Below are positions 1 through 9,499 of a stretch of DNA of 32,000 nt, in pieces. Each line of letters opens with the position of its first letter. The stretch's first letter is position 1. Under the pieces are notes generated by a model, which saw nothing but the letters and a program-made list of their open reading frames with translations, made no database searches and had not been told where the DNA came from. Source of the stretch: Coprobacillaceae bacterium (GTDB lineage: Bacteria > Bacillota_I > Bacilli_A > Erysipelotrichales > Coprobacillaceae); the NCBI GenBank assembly GCA_963675515.1, contig OY776328.1, positions 1,740,001 to 1,772,000 of the forward strand, given 5' to 3'. Position numbers and translations under genes: made by a program.

Positions 1-25
1 TATCCAGTTCGAATCGTACGAGTAA
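1..25 (+). CDS. 3' end of an upstream CDS (partial, ..IQFESYE*); possibly the KH-domain YlqC-like protein that precedes rimM in Bacillus-type operons
   Basis: Frame 2 ends at TAA 23-25 at the foot of a terminator hairpin. All three frames are open at the window edge, so the frame choice is tentative. Confidence 0.25.
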
Positions 26-53
26 AGCAGATGTGACTACATCTGCTTTTTTT
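24..53 (+). terminator. Rho-independent terminator/attenuator directly upstream of rimM
   Basis: Perfect 11-bp stem AAAGCAGATGT/ACATCTGCTTT with a 4-nt loop and T-run 47-53. The rimM SD AGGAGG (54-59) follows immediately. Confidence 0.75.
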
Positions 54-63
54 AGGAGGTAAT

Positions 64-576
64 ATGAAAAAACTGAAAGTTGGCAGAATTCTGACGACTC
101 ACGGATTAAAAGGCGAATTGAAGATCAAATCGGAAACCGATTACGGGGATGTCCGCTTCGCCAAGGGCAGCAAGCTCTTTATTTCATATAATAAAGAGGA
201 ATTGGAGCTGACTGTCGCCACGTCAAGAATCCACAAAAACAACTACCTGGTTTCCTTTGTGGGTTATCAGGATATCAATGCCGTTGAACAATTCAAAGGA
301 ATCGATATTTTCGCCTTCAAGGACGAAAAGCTCCTTGACGAAGATGAAATCTACTTCGACGATCTGATCGGGTGCAAAATCGTCGATGGCGACAACGTGG
401 TACTAGGGGAAGTTGTCGATGTGATGGAAACCCAGGCCCATGACATCCTGGTGCTAAAAACCAAGTCAAACAAAAAAGCGATGGTCCCTTATGTGGATGC
501 CTTCATCGAGGAGGTCGACATCGACCAGAAGGTTATCGTGATAAACAATATGGAAGGTCTGATCAATGAAAATTGA
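64..576 (+). CDS. rimM: 16S rRNA processing protein RimM
   Basis: 170 aa. N-terminus KVGRILTTHGLKGELKI is typical of RimM. Strong SD, position upstream of and overlapping trmD. Confidence 0.9.
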   Translation: MKKLKVGRILTTHGLKGELKIKSETDYGDVRFAKGSKLFISYNKEELELTVATSRIHKNNYLVSFVGYQDINAVEQFKGIDIFAFKDEKLLDEDEIYFDDLIGCKIVDGDNVVLGEVVDVMETQAHDILVLKTKSNKKAMVPYVDAFIEEVDIDQKVIVINNMEGLINEN

Positions 577-1294
577 TATTTTGACGCTGTTTCCGGAGAT
601 GTTCGAGGGTTTTTTGAACACCTCGATCATCAAACGGGCGATCGCCAGTGAAGTTGCGACGATAAATGTCCATAATTTCCGGGAATTCTCTACGGAAAAA
701 CACCATCATGTCGATGACACTCCTTACGGAGGCGGACAGGGCATGGTGCTTCAGGTCATGCCGATTGTCGAGTGTTTGAAAACAATAACAACTCCCGATT
801 CGACGGTCGTGCTGATGTCGCCCCAGGGCCGGACATTCTCCCATCAGGTGGCCCAGGAGTTCGCAAAGTTCAAACACCTGATAATCATATGCGGCCACTA
901 TGAAGGCTTTGACGAGCGGGTCCGCGATTATGTGGATATGGAAGTCTCGATCGGCGATTACGTTTTGACCGGCGGGGAACTTGGCTCAATGGTCATTTGT
1001 GACGCCACCATCCGCCTGCTCGAAGGGGCAATCCGGCAAAGCTCCCATGAGGACGACTCTTTTGCCAACGGTCTGCTTGAATATCCCCAGTACACAAGGC
1101 CTTACGAATATGACGGCAATGTCGTACCTGACATCCTTTTGAGCGGCCATCACGAAAACATCCGCAAATGGCGTCTGTACAAATCATTGGAAAAGACATA
1201 CAATCACCGGCCTGATCTTCTTGAAAAGCTTGAACTTACTCAAGAACAGAGCAAAATGCTTTCCCAGATCATCGAAAGCAAAGAAAAACAATAA
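566..1294 (+). CDS. trmD: tRNA (guanine37-N1)-methyltransferase TrmD
   Basis: 242 aa. Contains MKIDILTLFPEMFEGFL, GGGQGMVL and ICGHYEGFDERV motifs. 11-nt overlap with rimM. Confidence 0.95.
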   Translation: MKIDILTLFPEMFEGFLNTSIIKRAIASEVATINVHNFREFSTEKHHHVDDTPYGGGQGMVLQVMPIVECLKTITTPDSTVVLMSPQGRTFSHQVAQEFAKFKHLIIICGHYEGFDERVRDYVDMEVSIGDYVLTGGELGSMVICDATIRLLEGAIRQSSHEDDSFANGLLEYPQYTRPYEYDGNVVPDILLSGHHENIRKWRLYKSLEKTYNHRPDLLEKLELTQEQSKMLSQIIESKEKQ

Positions 1295-1300
1295 TTTGTG

Positions 1301-1329
1301 TTGCAAAATCCCTGGAAGTATGCAATAAT
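1301..1329 (+). promoter_or_regulatory. sigma-A type promoter for rplS
   Basis: TTGCAA (1301-1306), 17-nt spacer, AATAAT (1324-1329) with TG at 1321-1322 (extended -10). Confidence 0.5.
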
Positions 1330-1411
1330 GTTCAAGTCTTTAAGACTGCACTAGTTCCGCTGGTTAATCGAATGAACTAATAAGACTATACATGTTAAAA
1401 GGAGAAAGAAA
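1330..1411 (+). promoter_or_regulatory. Structured 5' UTR of rplS (candidate L19 autoregulatory leader)
   Basis: Hairpin AGTCT(1335-1339)/AGACT(1343-1347). Second stem TAGTTC(1352-1357)/GAACTA(1374-1379). TAAGACT is repeated at 1341-1347 and 1381-1387, which allows alternative pairing. Confidence 0.35.
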
Positions 1412-1762
1412 ATGAATTTAGGTGTAATCGACCAAATCACAAAGAAACAATTAAGAACTGACATCCCACAATTTAAAGCTGGGGACTCTTTAAAAGTTTA
1501 CGTAAAAATCAAAGAGGGTGACAAACAACGTATCCAGTTGTTCGAAGGTGTTTGTATCGCTCGCCAAGGTGCTGGAATCTCAGAAACTTACACTGTAAGA
1601 AAAATCTCATTCAGCGTTGGTGTTGAAAGAACATTCCCAGTGCATTCACCATTGATTGACCGTATCGAAGTTGTCAAAGTTGGTAAAGTACGTCGTGCTA
1701 AACTTAACTACTTACGTGGTCTTTCTGGTAAAGCTGCTAGAATCAAAGAAATCAGAAGATAA
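1412..1762 (+). CDS. rplS: 50S ribosomal protein L19
   Basis: 116 aa. Contains [46 protein letters not shown]. Confidence 0.95.
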   Translation: MNLGVIDQITKKQLRTDIPQFKAGDSLKVYVKIKEGDKQRIQLFEGVCIARQGAGISETYTVRKISFSVGVERTFPVHSPLIDRIEVVKVGKVRRAKLNYLRGLSGKAARIKEIRR

Positions 1763-1768
1763 TCATTC

Positions 1769-1792
1769 AGGAATGGGGAACCATTCCTTTTT
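1769..1792 (+). terminator. Rho-independent terminator after rplS
   Basis: 8-bp stem AGGAATGG/CCATTCCT, GGAA loop, T-run 1788-1792. The rbgA SD follows within about 10 nt. Confidence 0.7.
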
Positions 1793-1811
1793 GTTTAAAT
1801 AGGAGGCTATT

Positions 1812-2657
1812 ATGAAAAACATCCAATGGTATCCCGGACATATGGCCAAGGCCAAACGGGAGATAGGTGAAAAACTGAAGGTGATCGATATTGTAATCGA
1901 ACTTGTCGATGCCAGGGCGCCGGTATCGTCGAAAAACCCGATGTTTGACGAGGTCATCAAAAACAAACCCCGTTTGATCGTCATGACAAAAAAGGACATG
2001 GCCGACGATAAAAGAGTCGCATACTATGAGAAATATTACCGGGACCAGGGTTATTATGTCATAACTGTCAATCTCAAGAACTTCAACGAGTACAAGAAAG
2101 TTATCGACCTGTGCAAGGAAGTGCTCAAGGAGAAGATGGAAAAAGAAGCGGCCAGGGGATTGCGTCCAAGACCGATGCGCGCCATGGTTATCGGCATCCC
2201 GAATGTGGGAAAATCGACATTCATCAACAAGATTGCCAAGCGCAAGGCGACCGTGACTGGAAACCGTCCGGGAGTGACAAAAGCCCAGCAGATCATCAAG
2301 GTCGACAAGGATTTCGAACTGTTCGACACGCCTGGGGTGCTGTGGCCGCGTTTCGACAATGAAGTCACCGCCCGGAATATCGCCATTATCGGCTCGATCA
2401 AACTGCAGATTTTGCCTCTCGATGAGCTTTTCATCTACCTGATGGAATATCTCGGGAAGAATTATCCCCATCTCTTGAAGGAACGCTACAAGCTGGAGAT
2501 CGATTTCGAGCAGGACTGGCTCCATAGATGCTTCGAAGTCATCGCATCGACCCGCAAGATCAAGCCAAACCGCGGCGATGTCGATTATGACCGGGTCATG
2601 GAACTGGTTTTCAGCGAAATAAACGACGGTTCGATTGGAAAGGTCAGCTTCGAATGA
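1812..2657 (+). CDS. rbgA: Ribosome biogenesis GTPase A (YlqF/RbgA)
   Basis: 281 aa. Contains WYPGHMAKA and the circularly permuted GTPase motifs NVGKST and DTPG. Confidence 0.9.
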   Translation: MKNIQWYPGHMAKAKREIGEKLKVIDIVIELVDARAPVSSKNPMFDEVIKNKPRLIVMTKKDMADDKRVAYYEKYYRDQGYYVITVNLKNFNEYKKVIDLCKEVLKEKMEKEAARGLRPRPMRAMVIGIPNVGKSTFINKIAKRKATVTGNRPGVTKAQQIIKVDKDFELFDTPGVLWPRFDNEVTARNIAIIGSIKLQILPLDELFIYLMEYLGKNYPHLLKERYKLEIDFEQDWLHRCFEVIASTRKIKPNRGDVDYDRVMELVFSEINDGSIGKVSFE

Positions 2658-3256
2658 TGCGCGAATACGAAAACAAGTACCTTCAACAGGATTACGATTA
2701 TATAATCGGCCTGGACGAGGCGGGCCGGGGCCCGATGGCCGGCGAACTGGTCGTGGCCGGGGTCATCCTGCCAAACGACTATGAGAACGACCTGATCAAC
2801 GATTCCAAAAAGCTGACTGCCAAAAAACGCGACCTGCTTTACGATGAGATTATAAAAAGCGCCATAAGCTACCATATCGAAGTAATATCAGTTGAAGATG
2901 TCGACAGTTTGAATGTCTACCAAGCCAGCAAGCTGGGGATGGAAAAATGCGTCCACAGGATCACAAGAGACAGGACATTTGTCCTTTCCGACGCGATGCC
3001 TCTTGGTGAAATCGCCCATGAGGCGATCATCAAGGGTGACGGAAAATCGATAACTATAGCCGCTGCAAGCATCCTTGCCAAAGTGACCCGGGACCGCCTG
3101 ATGGAACAACACGCACTGACTTACCCTGAATATGGTTTCGAAAAACACAAAGGTTACGTCACCCAAGCGCACAAGGAAGCTTTGGCAAACCATGGAATTT
3201 GCCCGATCCATCGGCTTAGCTTCAAACCGGTCCAGGATATAATCAATAAGAAGTAA
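2654..3256 (+). CDS. rnhB: Ribonuclease HII
   Basis: 200 aa. Contains GLDEAGRGPMAGELVVAGVIL. ATGA-type overlap with the rbgA stop. Confidence 0.9.
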   Translation: MMREYENKYLQQDYDYIIGLDEAGRGPMAGELVVAGVILPNDYENDLINDSKKLTAKKRDLLYDEIIKSAISYHIEVISVEDVDSLNVYQASKLGMEKCVHRITRDRTFVLSDAMPLGEIAHEAIIKGDGKSITIAAASILAKVTRDRLMEQHALTYPEYGFEKHKGYVTQAHKEALANHGICPIHRLSFKPVQDIINKK

Positions 3257-3298
3257 AACGCTAAGATTTCAAGCATATGTCATTAGGAGGAAAATGAT

Positions 3299-4048
3299 AT
3301 GCGTGAAATCTTGCTTTATTTTGCCTTGAAATATGAAGGCGATTTTACCAAAATTTACAATGCATTGCACAACAAGGAGAAAGTGGACCCAAGGATCCAA
3401 AAAGAAACCAACGCCAAAGTCAACTCGCCGTATGTGACAATCATCGATGAAGACTACCCCAAACAGTTAAAAAACATCAACTGTCCGCCTTTTGTGCTGT
3501 TTTATCATGGCGACCTGGATTTGCTTTCCGGTGACCTGATTGCCGTGATTGGAATGCGCCAGGCAAGCGAATATGGCAAAAGGGCCACCGATCACTTTAC
3601 CAGGGAACTGGTCGGGATGGGATATACGATTGTGTCGGGAATGGCCCTGGGCATCGATTGTTTCGCCCACCAAAAAGCACTTGATTGCGCCGGGAATACG
3701 GTTGCGGTTCTAGGTTCGGGAATCAACAACTGTTATCCCAAACGCCATAAAGATATTTATGAATTGCTCAAAAGGTCGCAGCTGGTCATCTCCGAATATC
3801 CCGATCTTACCAAGGCTAGCCCGGGCAATTTCCCCAGTCGCAACCGGATCATTGCCGGACTGGTCTCCAAGATCCTGGTTGTGGAAGCAAAGGAGCGATC
3901 GGGGACGATGATCACTGTTGGCTTCGGTCTGGAATCTGGCAAAGATATCTACTGCGTGCCAGGAAGATTCGATGATTTCCGGGGCTGCAACCTGCTTATT
4001 CTTCAAGGAGCTAAACTCGTTTTAGGAGTAGCCGACATCCTGGACTGA
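3299..4048 (+). CDS. dprA: DNA processing protein DprA/Smf (short form, 249 aa)
   Basis: Rossmann-like core GMALGIDCFAHQKAL ... FPSRNRIIAGL ... VVEAKERSGTMIT. Position upstream of topA, as in Bacillus. Confidence 0.85.
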   Translation: MREILLYFALKYEGDFTKIYNALHNKEKVDPRIQKETNAKVNSPYVTIIDEDYPKQLKNINCPPFVLFYHGDLDLLSGDLIAVIGMRQASEYGKRATDHFTRELVGMGYTIVSGMALGIDCFAHQKALDCAGNTVAVLGSGINNCYPKRHKDIYELLKRSQLVISEYPDLTKASPGNFPSRNRIIAGLVSKILVVEAKERSGTMITVGFGLESGKDIYCVPGRFDDFRGCNLLILQGAKLVLGVADILD

Positions 4049-4059
4049 AATTTTTTTAT

Positions 4060-4088
4060 TTGACAAATTTTTTTGTCTTGTTATTATA
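4060..4088 (+). promoter_or_regulatory. Candidate sigma-A promoter for topA
   Basis: TTGACA (4060-4065), 17-nt T-rich spacer, ATTATA (4083-4088). Confidence 0.45.
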
Positions 4089-4107
4089 AAAGTACGGAGG
4101 TAAGCGC

Positions 4108-6186
4108 ATGGGAAAGAAACTTGTTATTGTCGAATCACCATCGAAATCAAAAACAATCGAGCATTATCTGGGCTCTGATTATATTGTGACGTCATCGAAA
4201 GGTCACATCCGCGACCTGGGAACTTCAGGCAAGGAAGGACTTGGTGTGGATGTCGAAAACCACTTCGAACCAAAATATGTGGTTCCAAGAAAAAACAACG
4301 AAACTGTCAAGGAACTCAAGAAGCTGGTCAAGGATGCCGACTTCGTCTATCTGGCAACCGATCCCGACCGCGAAGGAGAGGCGATCTCATATCATCTCGC
4401 CCAAGTCCTCAATGTCGACATGGATCTGTCAAACCGGATCGTCTTCAACGAGGTAACCAAGGACGCTGTCATCAATTCTCTCAACAACGCCCGCAAGATC
4501 GATCTTGACCTGGTCCATTCACAGGAGACCCGGCGGGTATTGGATCGGATCATCGGATTCAAACTTTCAAAGCTGCTGCAGCGGAAAATCAAATCCAAGT
4601 CAGCTGGCCGGGTCCAATCGGTGGCTCTGCGGCTGATTTGCGAAAAGGAAAAGGAAATTGAAGCATTCGTTCCTGAAGAGTACTGGAAAATCGTCGCTTC
4701 ATTCTTGGAAGATGACATAGCCTTCAGCGGAGAGCTGAACAAATCACAAGGCAAGAAAATCAAGATCACCAATGAACAGCAGGCGCTTGACATCTACAAT
4801 GCCCTTGACAAGCAGTTCAAGGTGGAAAGCATCAAGAAGACCCGCAAGTCGAAAAATTCCAAACCGCCATTCATAACCTCGACCCTCCAGCAGGAGGCAT
4901 CAAGCAAACTGAACATGGCGGCGCGAAAGACGATGTCCGTGGCCCAGAAGCTTTACGAAGGGATAAACATCGGTGATGAGACGGTCGGTCTTATCACCTA
5001 CATGCGTACCGATTCGATCCGCTTGTCGGACACCTTTGTCGATAGCGCCAATGAATTCATAAAGGAACATTATGGCAAGCAATACCTGGGAAAAGCCAAA
5101 AAGGCTACCAAGACTGAAAATGTCCAGGATGCCCATGAGGGAATCCGCCCGACATCAGTCGAACGGACTCCGGAATCCATGAAAAAACATTTGAGCAACG
5201 ATGAGTTCAAAGTGTATTCGCTCATCTATGCCAGAGCTTTGGCTTCGCTGATGGCAAGTGCCAAACTGGATGCCACCAGCCTGGTGCTTGACAACAACGG
5301 CTACAAGTTCAACAGTTCTGGTTCAATCCTGAACTTTGATGGTTACCTGAAGATTTACGGTCCTTACGAACAGCAAACCGACGAAATCCTCCCCGACTTG
5401 AAAGAGGAGCAGATGATCGCCAGCCAATCGATTGAAAAGACCCAGCATTTCACCAAACCGCCCGCTCGCTATTCCGAAGCTAAGCTGATCAAAACCATGG
5501 AAGAGTTGGGCATCGGCCGGCCAAGCACATATGCGACAATCATCGACACGATCCAAGCCAGAGGCTATGTCAAGGTTGAAAACAAGGCCTTCTTCCCGAC
5601 CGAAAGCGGAACCCTTACCAACGACAAGCTCACGGAATATTTCAACGACATCATCAACGTCGAATATACCGCGACCATGGAACACGAACTCGATGAGATC
5701 GCCGAAGGCAAAAACGAATACGAGAAGACTTTGCGTACCTTCCTGGACCGGTTCCAGCCGCTGGTGGACAATGCCTATGATAAGATGGAAGTTATCGCAC
5801 CGAAAAAGACCGGGGAAAAATGTCCGCAATGTGGCCATGACCTGGTAGAGCGCAACGGCCGTTTTGGCAAATTCGTTGCCTGTGAAAATTATCCGGAATG
5901 CAAATACATCAAGAAAGACCCGGTCGTGGTCGAAGAGACCGGGGAAGTTTGTCCGCAGTGCGGATCGAAGATGATCTTCAAGACCGGACGATTCGGAAAA
6001 TTCGAGGCTTGCTCGAACTATCCGGAATGCAAATACATCAAAAAGAAATCTACGGTTAAAAAAGAACCGGTTGTGACTGATGAGAAGTGTCCTGAATGTG
6101 GCGAACCAATCGTCATCAAGCAGGGCCGCTTCGGTGAGTTCAAGTGTTGTTCAAATTATCCAAAGTGCAAAACAATCATAAAATAG
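4108..6186 (+). CDS. topA: DNA topoisomerase I
   Basis: 692 aa. Toprim [19 protein letters not shown], active-site region ITYMRTDS, and three C-terminal CxxC...C zinc-ribbon modules. Confidence 0.95.
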   Translation: MGKKLVIVESPSKSKTIEHYLGSDYIVTSSKGHIRDLGTSGKEGLGVDVENHFEPKYVVPRKNNETVKELKKLVKDADFVYLATDPDREGEAISYHLAQVLNVDMDLSNRIVFNEVTKDAVINSLNNARKIDLDLVHSQETRRVLDRIIGFKLSKLLQRKIKSKSAGRVQSVALRLICEKEKEIEAFVPEEYWKIVASFLEDDIAFSGELNKSQGKKIKITNEQQALDIYNALDKQFKVESIKKTRKSKNSKPPFITSTLQQEASSKLNMAARKTMSVAQKLYEGINIGDETVGLITYMRTDSIRLSDTFVDSANEFIKEHYGKQYLGKAKKATKTENVQDAHEGIRPTSVERTPESMKKHLSNDEFKVYSLIYARALASLMASAKLDATSLVLDNNGYKFNSSGSILNFDGYLKIYGPYEQQTDEILPDLKEEQMIASQSIEKTQHFTKPPARYSEAKLIKTMEELGIGRPSTYATIIDTIQARGYVKVENKAFFPTESGTLTNDKLTEYFNDIINVEYTATMEHELDEIAEGKNEYEKTLRTFLDRFQPLVDNAYDKMEVIAPKKTGEKCPQCGHDLVERNGRFGKFVACENYPECKYIKKDPVVVEETGEVCPQCGSKMIFKTGRFGKFEACSNYPECKYIKKKSTVKKEPVVTDEKCPECGEPIVIKQGRFGEFKCCSNYPKCKTIIK
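5890..6041 (+). repeat. 23-nt exact direct repeat (5890-5912 and 6019-6041) inside topA
   Basis: TATCCGGAATGCAAATACATCAA occurs twice, 129 bp (43 codons) apart. It corresponds to the YPECKYIK part of zinc-ribbon modules 1 and 2. Confidence 0.9.
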
Positions 6187-6201
6187 TTATGATTGTTTTT
6201 T
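6172..6201 (+). terminator. Weak AT-rich terminator-like hairpin overlapping the topA stop
   Basis: Stem ACAATCATA/TATGATTGT (9 bp, only 2 GC), 7-nt loop containing TAG, T-run 6196-6201. Confidence 0.35.
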
Positions 6202-6214
6202 ATGGGAGAAAATA

Positions 6215-7519
6215 ATGGAAAACTATGTCAATGTGATCGGAGCCGGCCTGGCCGGTGTCGAAGCCAGCTACCAGCTGGCCAAAAGAAATATAAAAGTGCG
6301 GCTCTATGAGATGCGTCCGGTCAAAAAGACCCCGGCCCATCAGTCCGATTATTATGGTGAACTTGTCTGCTCGAATTCATTGCGGGGCGACAATATTGTA
6401 AATGCCGTAGGGGTGTTGAAACGGGAAATGGAGATGATGGATTCGATCATCATCAAGACCGCCCGCAAACATGCCGTTCCTGCCGGGGGAGCGTTGGCTG
6501 TGGATCGAGTTGGATTCGGGAAAGAGTTGACTGACATCATCAACAATCATGAGAATATCGAAGTCATCCATGAGGAAGTGACAGAGATTCCCGAGGGACT
6601 GACAATAATCGCCTCGGGACCGCTGACTTCCCAGCCCCTAGCTGAGGCGATCGCCAAGAAAATCGGCAGCGATTATTTCTATTTTTTCGATGCGGCGGCT
6701 CCGATAATCGAAAAGGACAGCGTCGATTTCACCAAGGCCTATTTCAAATCGCGATATGACAAGGGGGATGGTGAATACATCAACTGTCCGATGACCAAAG
6801 AAGAGTTCGATCAGTTCTACCATGAACTGATCAACGCCCAGGTGGTCAAGCCCAAGGATTTCGAGGAGAAGTTTTTCGAAGGCTGCATGCCATTTGAGGA
6901 AATCGCCAGAAGGGGGGAGCAGACCTTGCTTTTTGGTCCGATGAAACCGGTCGGATTGAACACCCCTGAAGGCATCAGGCCCCATGCCGTGGTTCAGCTG
7001 CGCCAGGACAATGCCCAGGCTTCCTTGTACAATATCGTCGGCTTCCAGACCCATCTGACCTGGCCGGAACAAAAAAGAATAATCCAGATGATTCCCGGAC
7101 TGGAAAATGCCAATATTGTCCGCTATGGGGTAATGCATCGCAACAGCTACATCTGTTCGCCGGTCCATCTTGAGCAAACTTACCGCCTGAAAAACGACGA
7201 CCAGGTATACCTGGCAGGACAGATAACCGGAGTCGAAGGTTATGTGGAATCGGCCCAATCAGGTCTGGTCGCGGCGCTCAATGTCTTCAACCAGATCCAT
7301 GACAGGGAACCGATCGTATTCCCGCAAGAAACAGTAATGGGAGCTTTAAGCTATTATATCACCCATGCCAGTGGCGAAGATTTCCAGCCGATGAAAGCCA
7401 ATTTTGGTATCATCAAGGATCTTGAAGTCCGGGTCAAAAAGAAGATGCGCAAAGAGGCTTATGGCGTTCGGGCCCTTGAGGTCATGGAGCAATTTGTCAA
7501 AGACCATGAAATCAACTGA
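6215..7519 (+). CDS. trmFO: Methylenetetrahydrofolate--tRNA-(uracil54-C5)-methyltransferase TrmFO (Gid)
   Basis: 434 aa. FAD-binding [11 protein letters not shown]. Conserved position between topA and xerC/codV. Confidence 0.9.
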   Translation: MENYVNVIGAGLAGVEASYQLAKRNIKVRLYEMRPVKKTPAHQSDYYGELVCSNSLRGDNIVNAVGVLKREMEMMDSIIIKTARKHAVPAGGALAVDRVGFGKELTDIINNHENIEVIHEEVTEIPEGLTIIASGPLTSQPLAEAIAKKIGSDYFYFFDAAAPIIEKDSVDFTKAYFKSRYDKGDGEYINCPMTKEEFDQFYHELINAQVVKPKDFEEKFFEGCMPFEEIARRGEQTLLFGPMKPVGLNTPEGIRPHAVVQLRQDNAQASLYNIVGFQTHLTWPEQKRIIQMIPGLENANIVRYGVMHRNSYICSPVHLEQTYRLKNDDQVYLAGQITGVEGYVESAQSGLVAALNVFNQIHDREPIVFPQETVMGALSYYITHASGEDFQPMKANFGIIKDLEVRVKKKMRKEAYGVRALEVMEQFVKDHEIN

Positions 7520-8414
7520 TTATCAAAGTGAATTCCTTGATTATCTCCAGCACCAAAAGGCCTATTCTTCCAAGACTGTAGAGTCTTATCGTCGCGAGAT
7601 CAAAGAGTTTCTTGATTATTTGAAGTCGCAATCATTTTCAATCGATCAGGTGGACTACCAGTTTGTCCGGGGCTACCTGGTCTTCTTGAATTCCAGACAG
7701 CTCAAGAAAAACAGCATCAACCACCGCCTGTCGGTCCAACGTTCGTTTTTCAACTATCTTGTGAATCAGGATTATCTAAAAGCCAATCCGTTCAAGTTGG
7801 TCGACTCGTTGAGAACCCGGCGCAAAGATCCTGAATTTCTCTATCTCGATGAGGTAAATGAACTCCTCGACTCCCTCCCGTCTTCAAGCGATCTTGAAAG
7901 GCGCAACCAGCTTATTGTGGAAATGCTTTATTCCTGTGGCTTGCGCGCCAGTGAGCTGGTTAGTTTGAAGATAGGCGATATCGATCTTGATGACCAGATG
8001 ATTTGCGTCATCGGAAAAGGCAACAGGCAGCGGTTTGTCCCTTATTGCGACTCTGTGGCTGATCTGCTGCGTGGTTATCTTATGGCTACCCGCAACAACC
8101 TATGTTGCAGATGCGATTTCATTCACGAATATGTTTTTGTGAATCGTTTTGGCAATCCGCTGACAACCAGGGGACTAGAAAAGATAATAAACAAAATCGG
8201 CAATGAATATGGCAGTTCCAAGCGGCTTTATCCCCATATGTTACGTCACTCGCTGGCGACCCATCTCATTGAAGCCGGGGCCGATATCCGCTTTGTCCAG
8301 GAACTATTGGGCCATGTCAGCCTGTCGACAACCCAGATATATACCCACATCACCAAAGAACACCTCGTTGCCGTATACAAAAAAGCAAACATCCGCAATA
8401 AAAAAGGAGATTAG
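7506..8414 (+). CDS. xerC: Tyrosine recombinase XerC/CodV family
   Basis: Core-binding N-terminus [19 protein letters not shown]. Catalytic residues [18 protein letters not shown] and [16 protein letters not shown] prefer the ATG at 7506 (MKSTDYQ..) over the ORF-track start at 7404, which lies deep inside trmFO. Confidence 0.85.
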   Translation: MKSTDYQSEFLDYLQHQKAYSSKTVESYRREIKEFLDYLKSQSFSIDQVDYQFVRGYLVFLNSRQLKKNSINHRLSVQRSFFNYLVNQDYLKANPFKLVDSLRTRRKDPEFLYLDEVNELLDSLPSSSDLERRNQLIVEMLYSCGLRASELVSLKIGDIDLDDQMICVIGKGNRQRFVPYCDSVADLLRGYLMATRNNLCCRCDFIHEYVFVNRFGNPLTTRGLEKIINKIGNEYGSSKRLYPHMLRHSLATHLIEAGADIRFVQELLGHVSLSTTQIYTHITKEHLVAVYKKANIRNKKGD

Positions 8415-8428
8415 TTTCCATTTTTCAC

Positions 8429-8457
8429 TTGAATTTTTGGTCAATCCATGGTAGTAT
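8429..8457 (+). promoter_or_regulatory. sigma-A type promoter for rpsB-tsf
   Basis: TTGAAT (8429-8434), 17-nt spacer, TAGTAT (8452-8457) preceded by TGG. Confidence 0.5.
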
Positions 8458-8566
8458 ATCGAAGGTATTTCAAATACACACATTATGGATTCGCCCATCG
8501 AGTGCCGATCGATGTCGGTGATTGGCGTTCGAAGTAATGGAGGACAACAACAAAGGAGGAAGTTAC

Positions 8567-9424
8567 ATGTCAGTAATTTCAATGAAAAAATTATTAGAAG
8601 TTGGTGTGCATTTCGGTCACCAAACAAAAAGATGGAACCCGAAAATGGCTCCATACATCTTCACATCTCGTAATGGAATTTACATTATCGATTTGCAAAA
8701 AACATCTAAAAAGATCGATGAAGCTTACAAAGCAATGAATGAAATCGCCTCTAAAGGTGGAAAAATCCTTTTCGTAGGAACTAAAAAACAAGCTCGTGAT
8801 GCAATCGCTGAAGAAGCAGTTCGTGCAAACGCATTCTTCGTAAATTCACGTTGGTTAGGTGGAACCTTAACTAACTACAAAACAATCCAAAAAAGAATCA
8901 GACGTCTGATTGATTTGGAAAAAATGGAAGAAGACGGAACTTTCGAAGTATTGCCTAAAAAAGAAGTTATCCTGTTACGCAAAGAAGCAGCGAAATTGGA
9001 AAAAAACCTGGGTGGTATCAAAGAAATGAAAGGATTGCCTGCGGCACTATTCGTAGTTGATCCAAAAGCTGAACACAATGCAGTTGCTGAAGCAAAAATC
9101 CTGGGAATCCCAGTATTCGGTATCGTTGATACTAACTGTGATCCTGATGAAGTTGACTTCGTAATCCCTGCAAACGATGACGCTATCCGTGCGGTAAAAT
9201 TGATTACTGCTGCCATGGCTGATGCGATCTGTGAAGCTAACAACGAACCTTTGACTGTTGCTTACGTCAAAGATGAAGACGAAAGCGAAGTTTCAATGGA
9301 TGATGCAGTTACTTCTGTAGAAAACAGCCGTAACCGTCCAAAGAGAACTCCACGTAACAAAGCTGGTCAAGGACAACAAAACCGCAACTACAACCGTGGA
9401 CCTAGAAGAGAAGAAAATAAATAA
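8567..9424 (+). CDS. rpsB: 30S ribosomal protein S2 (with C-terminal acidic-then-basic extension)
   Basis: [38 protein letters not shown] (8552-8560) sits 6 nt before ATG 8567. The ORF-track start at 8522 is a TTG with no support. Confidence 0.93.
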   Translation: MSVISMKKLLEVGVHFGHQTKRWNPKMAPYIFTSRNGIYIIDLQKTSKKIDEAYKAMNEIASKGGKILFVGTKKQARDAIAEEAVRANAFFVNSRWLGGTLTNYKTIQKRIRRLIDLEKMEEDGTFEVLPKKEVILLRKEAAKLEKNLGGIKEMKGLPAALFVVDPKAEHNAVAEAKILGIPVFGIVDTNCDPDEVDFVIPANDDAIRAVKLITAAMADAICEANNEPLTVAYVKDEDESEVSMDDAVTSVENSRNRPKRTPRNKAGQGQQNRNYNRGPRREENK

Positions 9425-9449
9425 TCAAAGCGATTAAAATAACTAACTT

Positions 9450-9477
9450 AAGAGAAAGCTTTGTCTTTCTCTTTTTT
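9450..9477 (+). terminator. Intercistronic terminator/attenuator between rpsB and tsf
   Basis: 9-bp stem AAGAGAAAG/CTTTCTCTT, 6-nt loop, T-run 9472-9477. Confidence 0.65.
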
Positions 9478-9499
9478 AAAAAATATAGGAGAAAATATA

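Noticed and set aside
1767-2525. Long antisense ORFs opposite conserved genes. Examples are 1767-2525 (252 aa), 5323-5838 (171 aa), 6638-7258 (206 aa), 16243-16983 (246 aa) and 24629-25171 (180 aa), plus many 60-130 aa ORFs on both strands.
   Set aside because: Each lies entirely within a well-supported + strand gene (rbgA, topA, trmFO, polC, rsuA). None has an SD or a recognisable motif, and their compositions look like mirror images of the sense frame. They are shadow ORFs.
2655-2657. Possibility of a Mycoplasma-type genetic code (TGA = Trp), given the reduced, Mollicutes-like gene order.
   Set aside because: TGA terminates several conserved genes at their expected lengths (rbgA 2655-2657, dprA 4046-4048, ylxR 21012-21014). 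No conserved protein requires read-through of an in-frame TGA.
5531-5848. 105-aa + strand ORF and other out-of-frame same-strand ORFs within topA, polC, nusA and lepA (for example 16547-16909 and 19538-19891).
   Set aside because: These are alternative frames of highly conserved genes. Their Ser/Arg/Thr-rich low-complexity translations are typical of off-frame reading, and they have no SD.
7404-7505. N-terminal extensions suggested by the ORF track for xerC (7404), rpsB (8522), tsf (9461), frr (11134) and rimP (18782).
   Set aside because: These use TTG/GTG or upstream ATG codons lying inside the preceding gene or inside terminator hairpins. In each case a downstream ATG has a proper SD and yields the canonical protein N-terminus.
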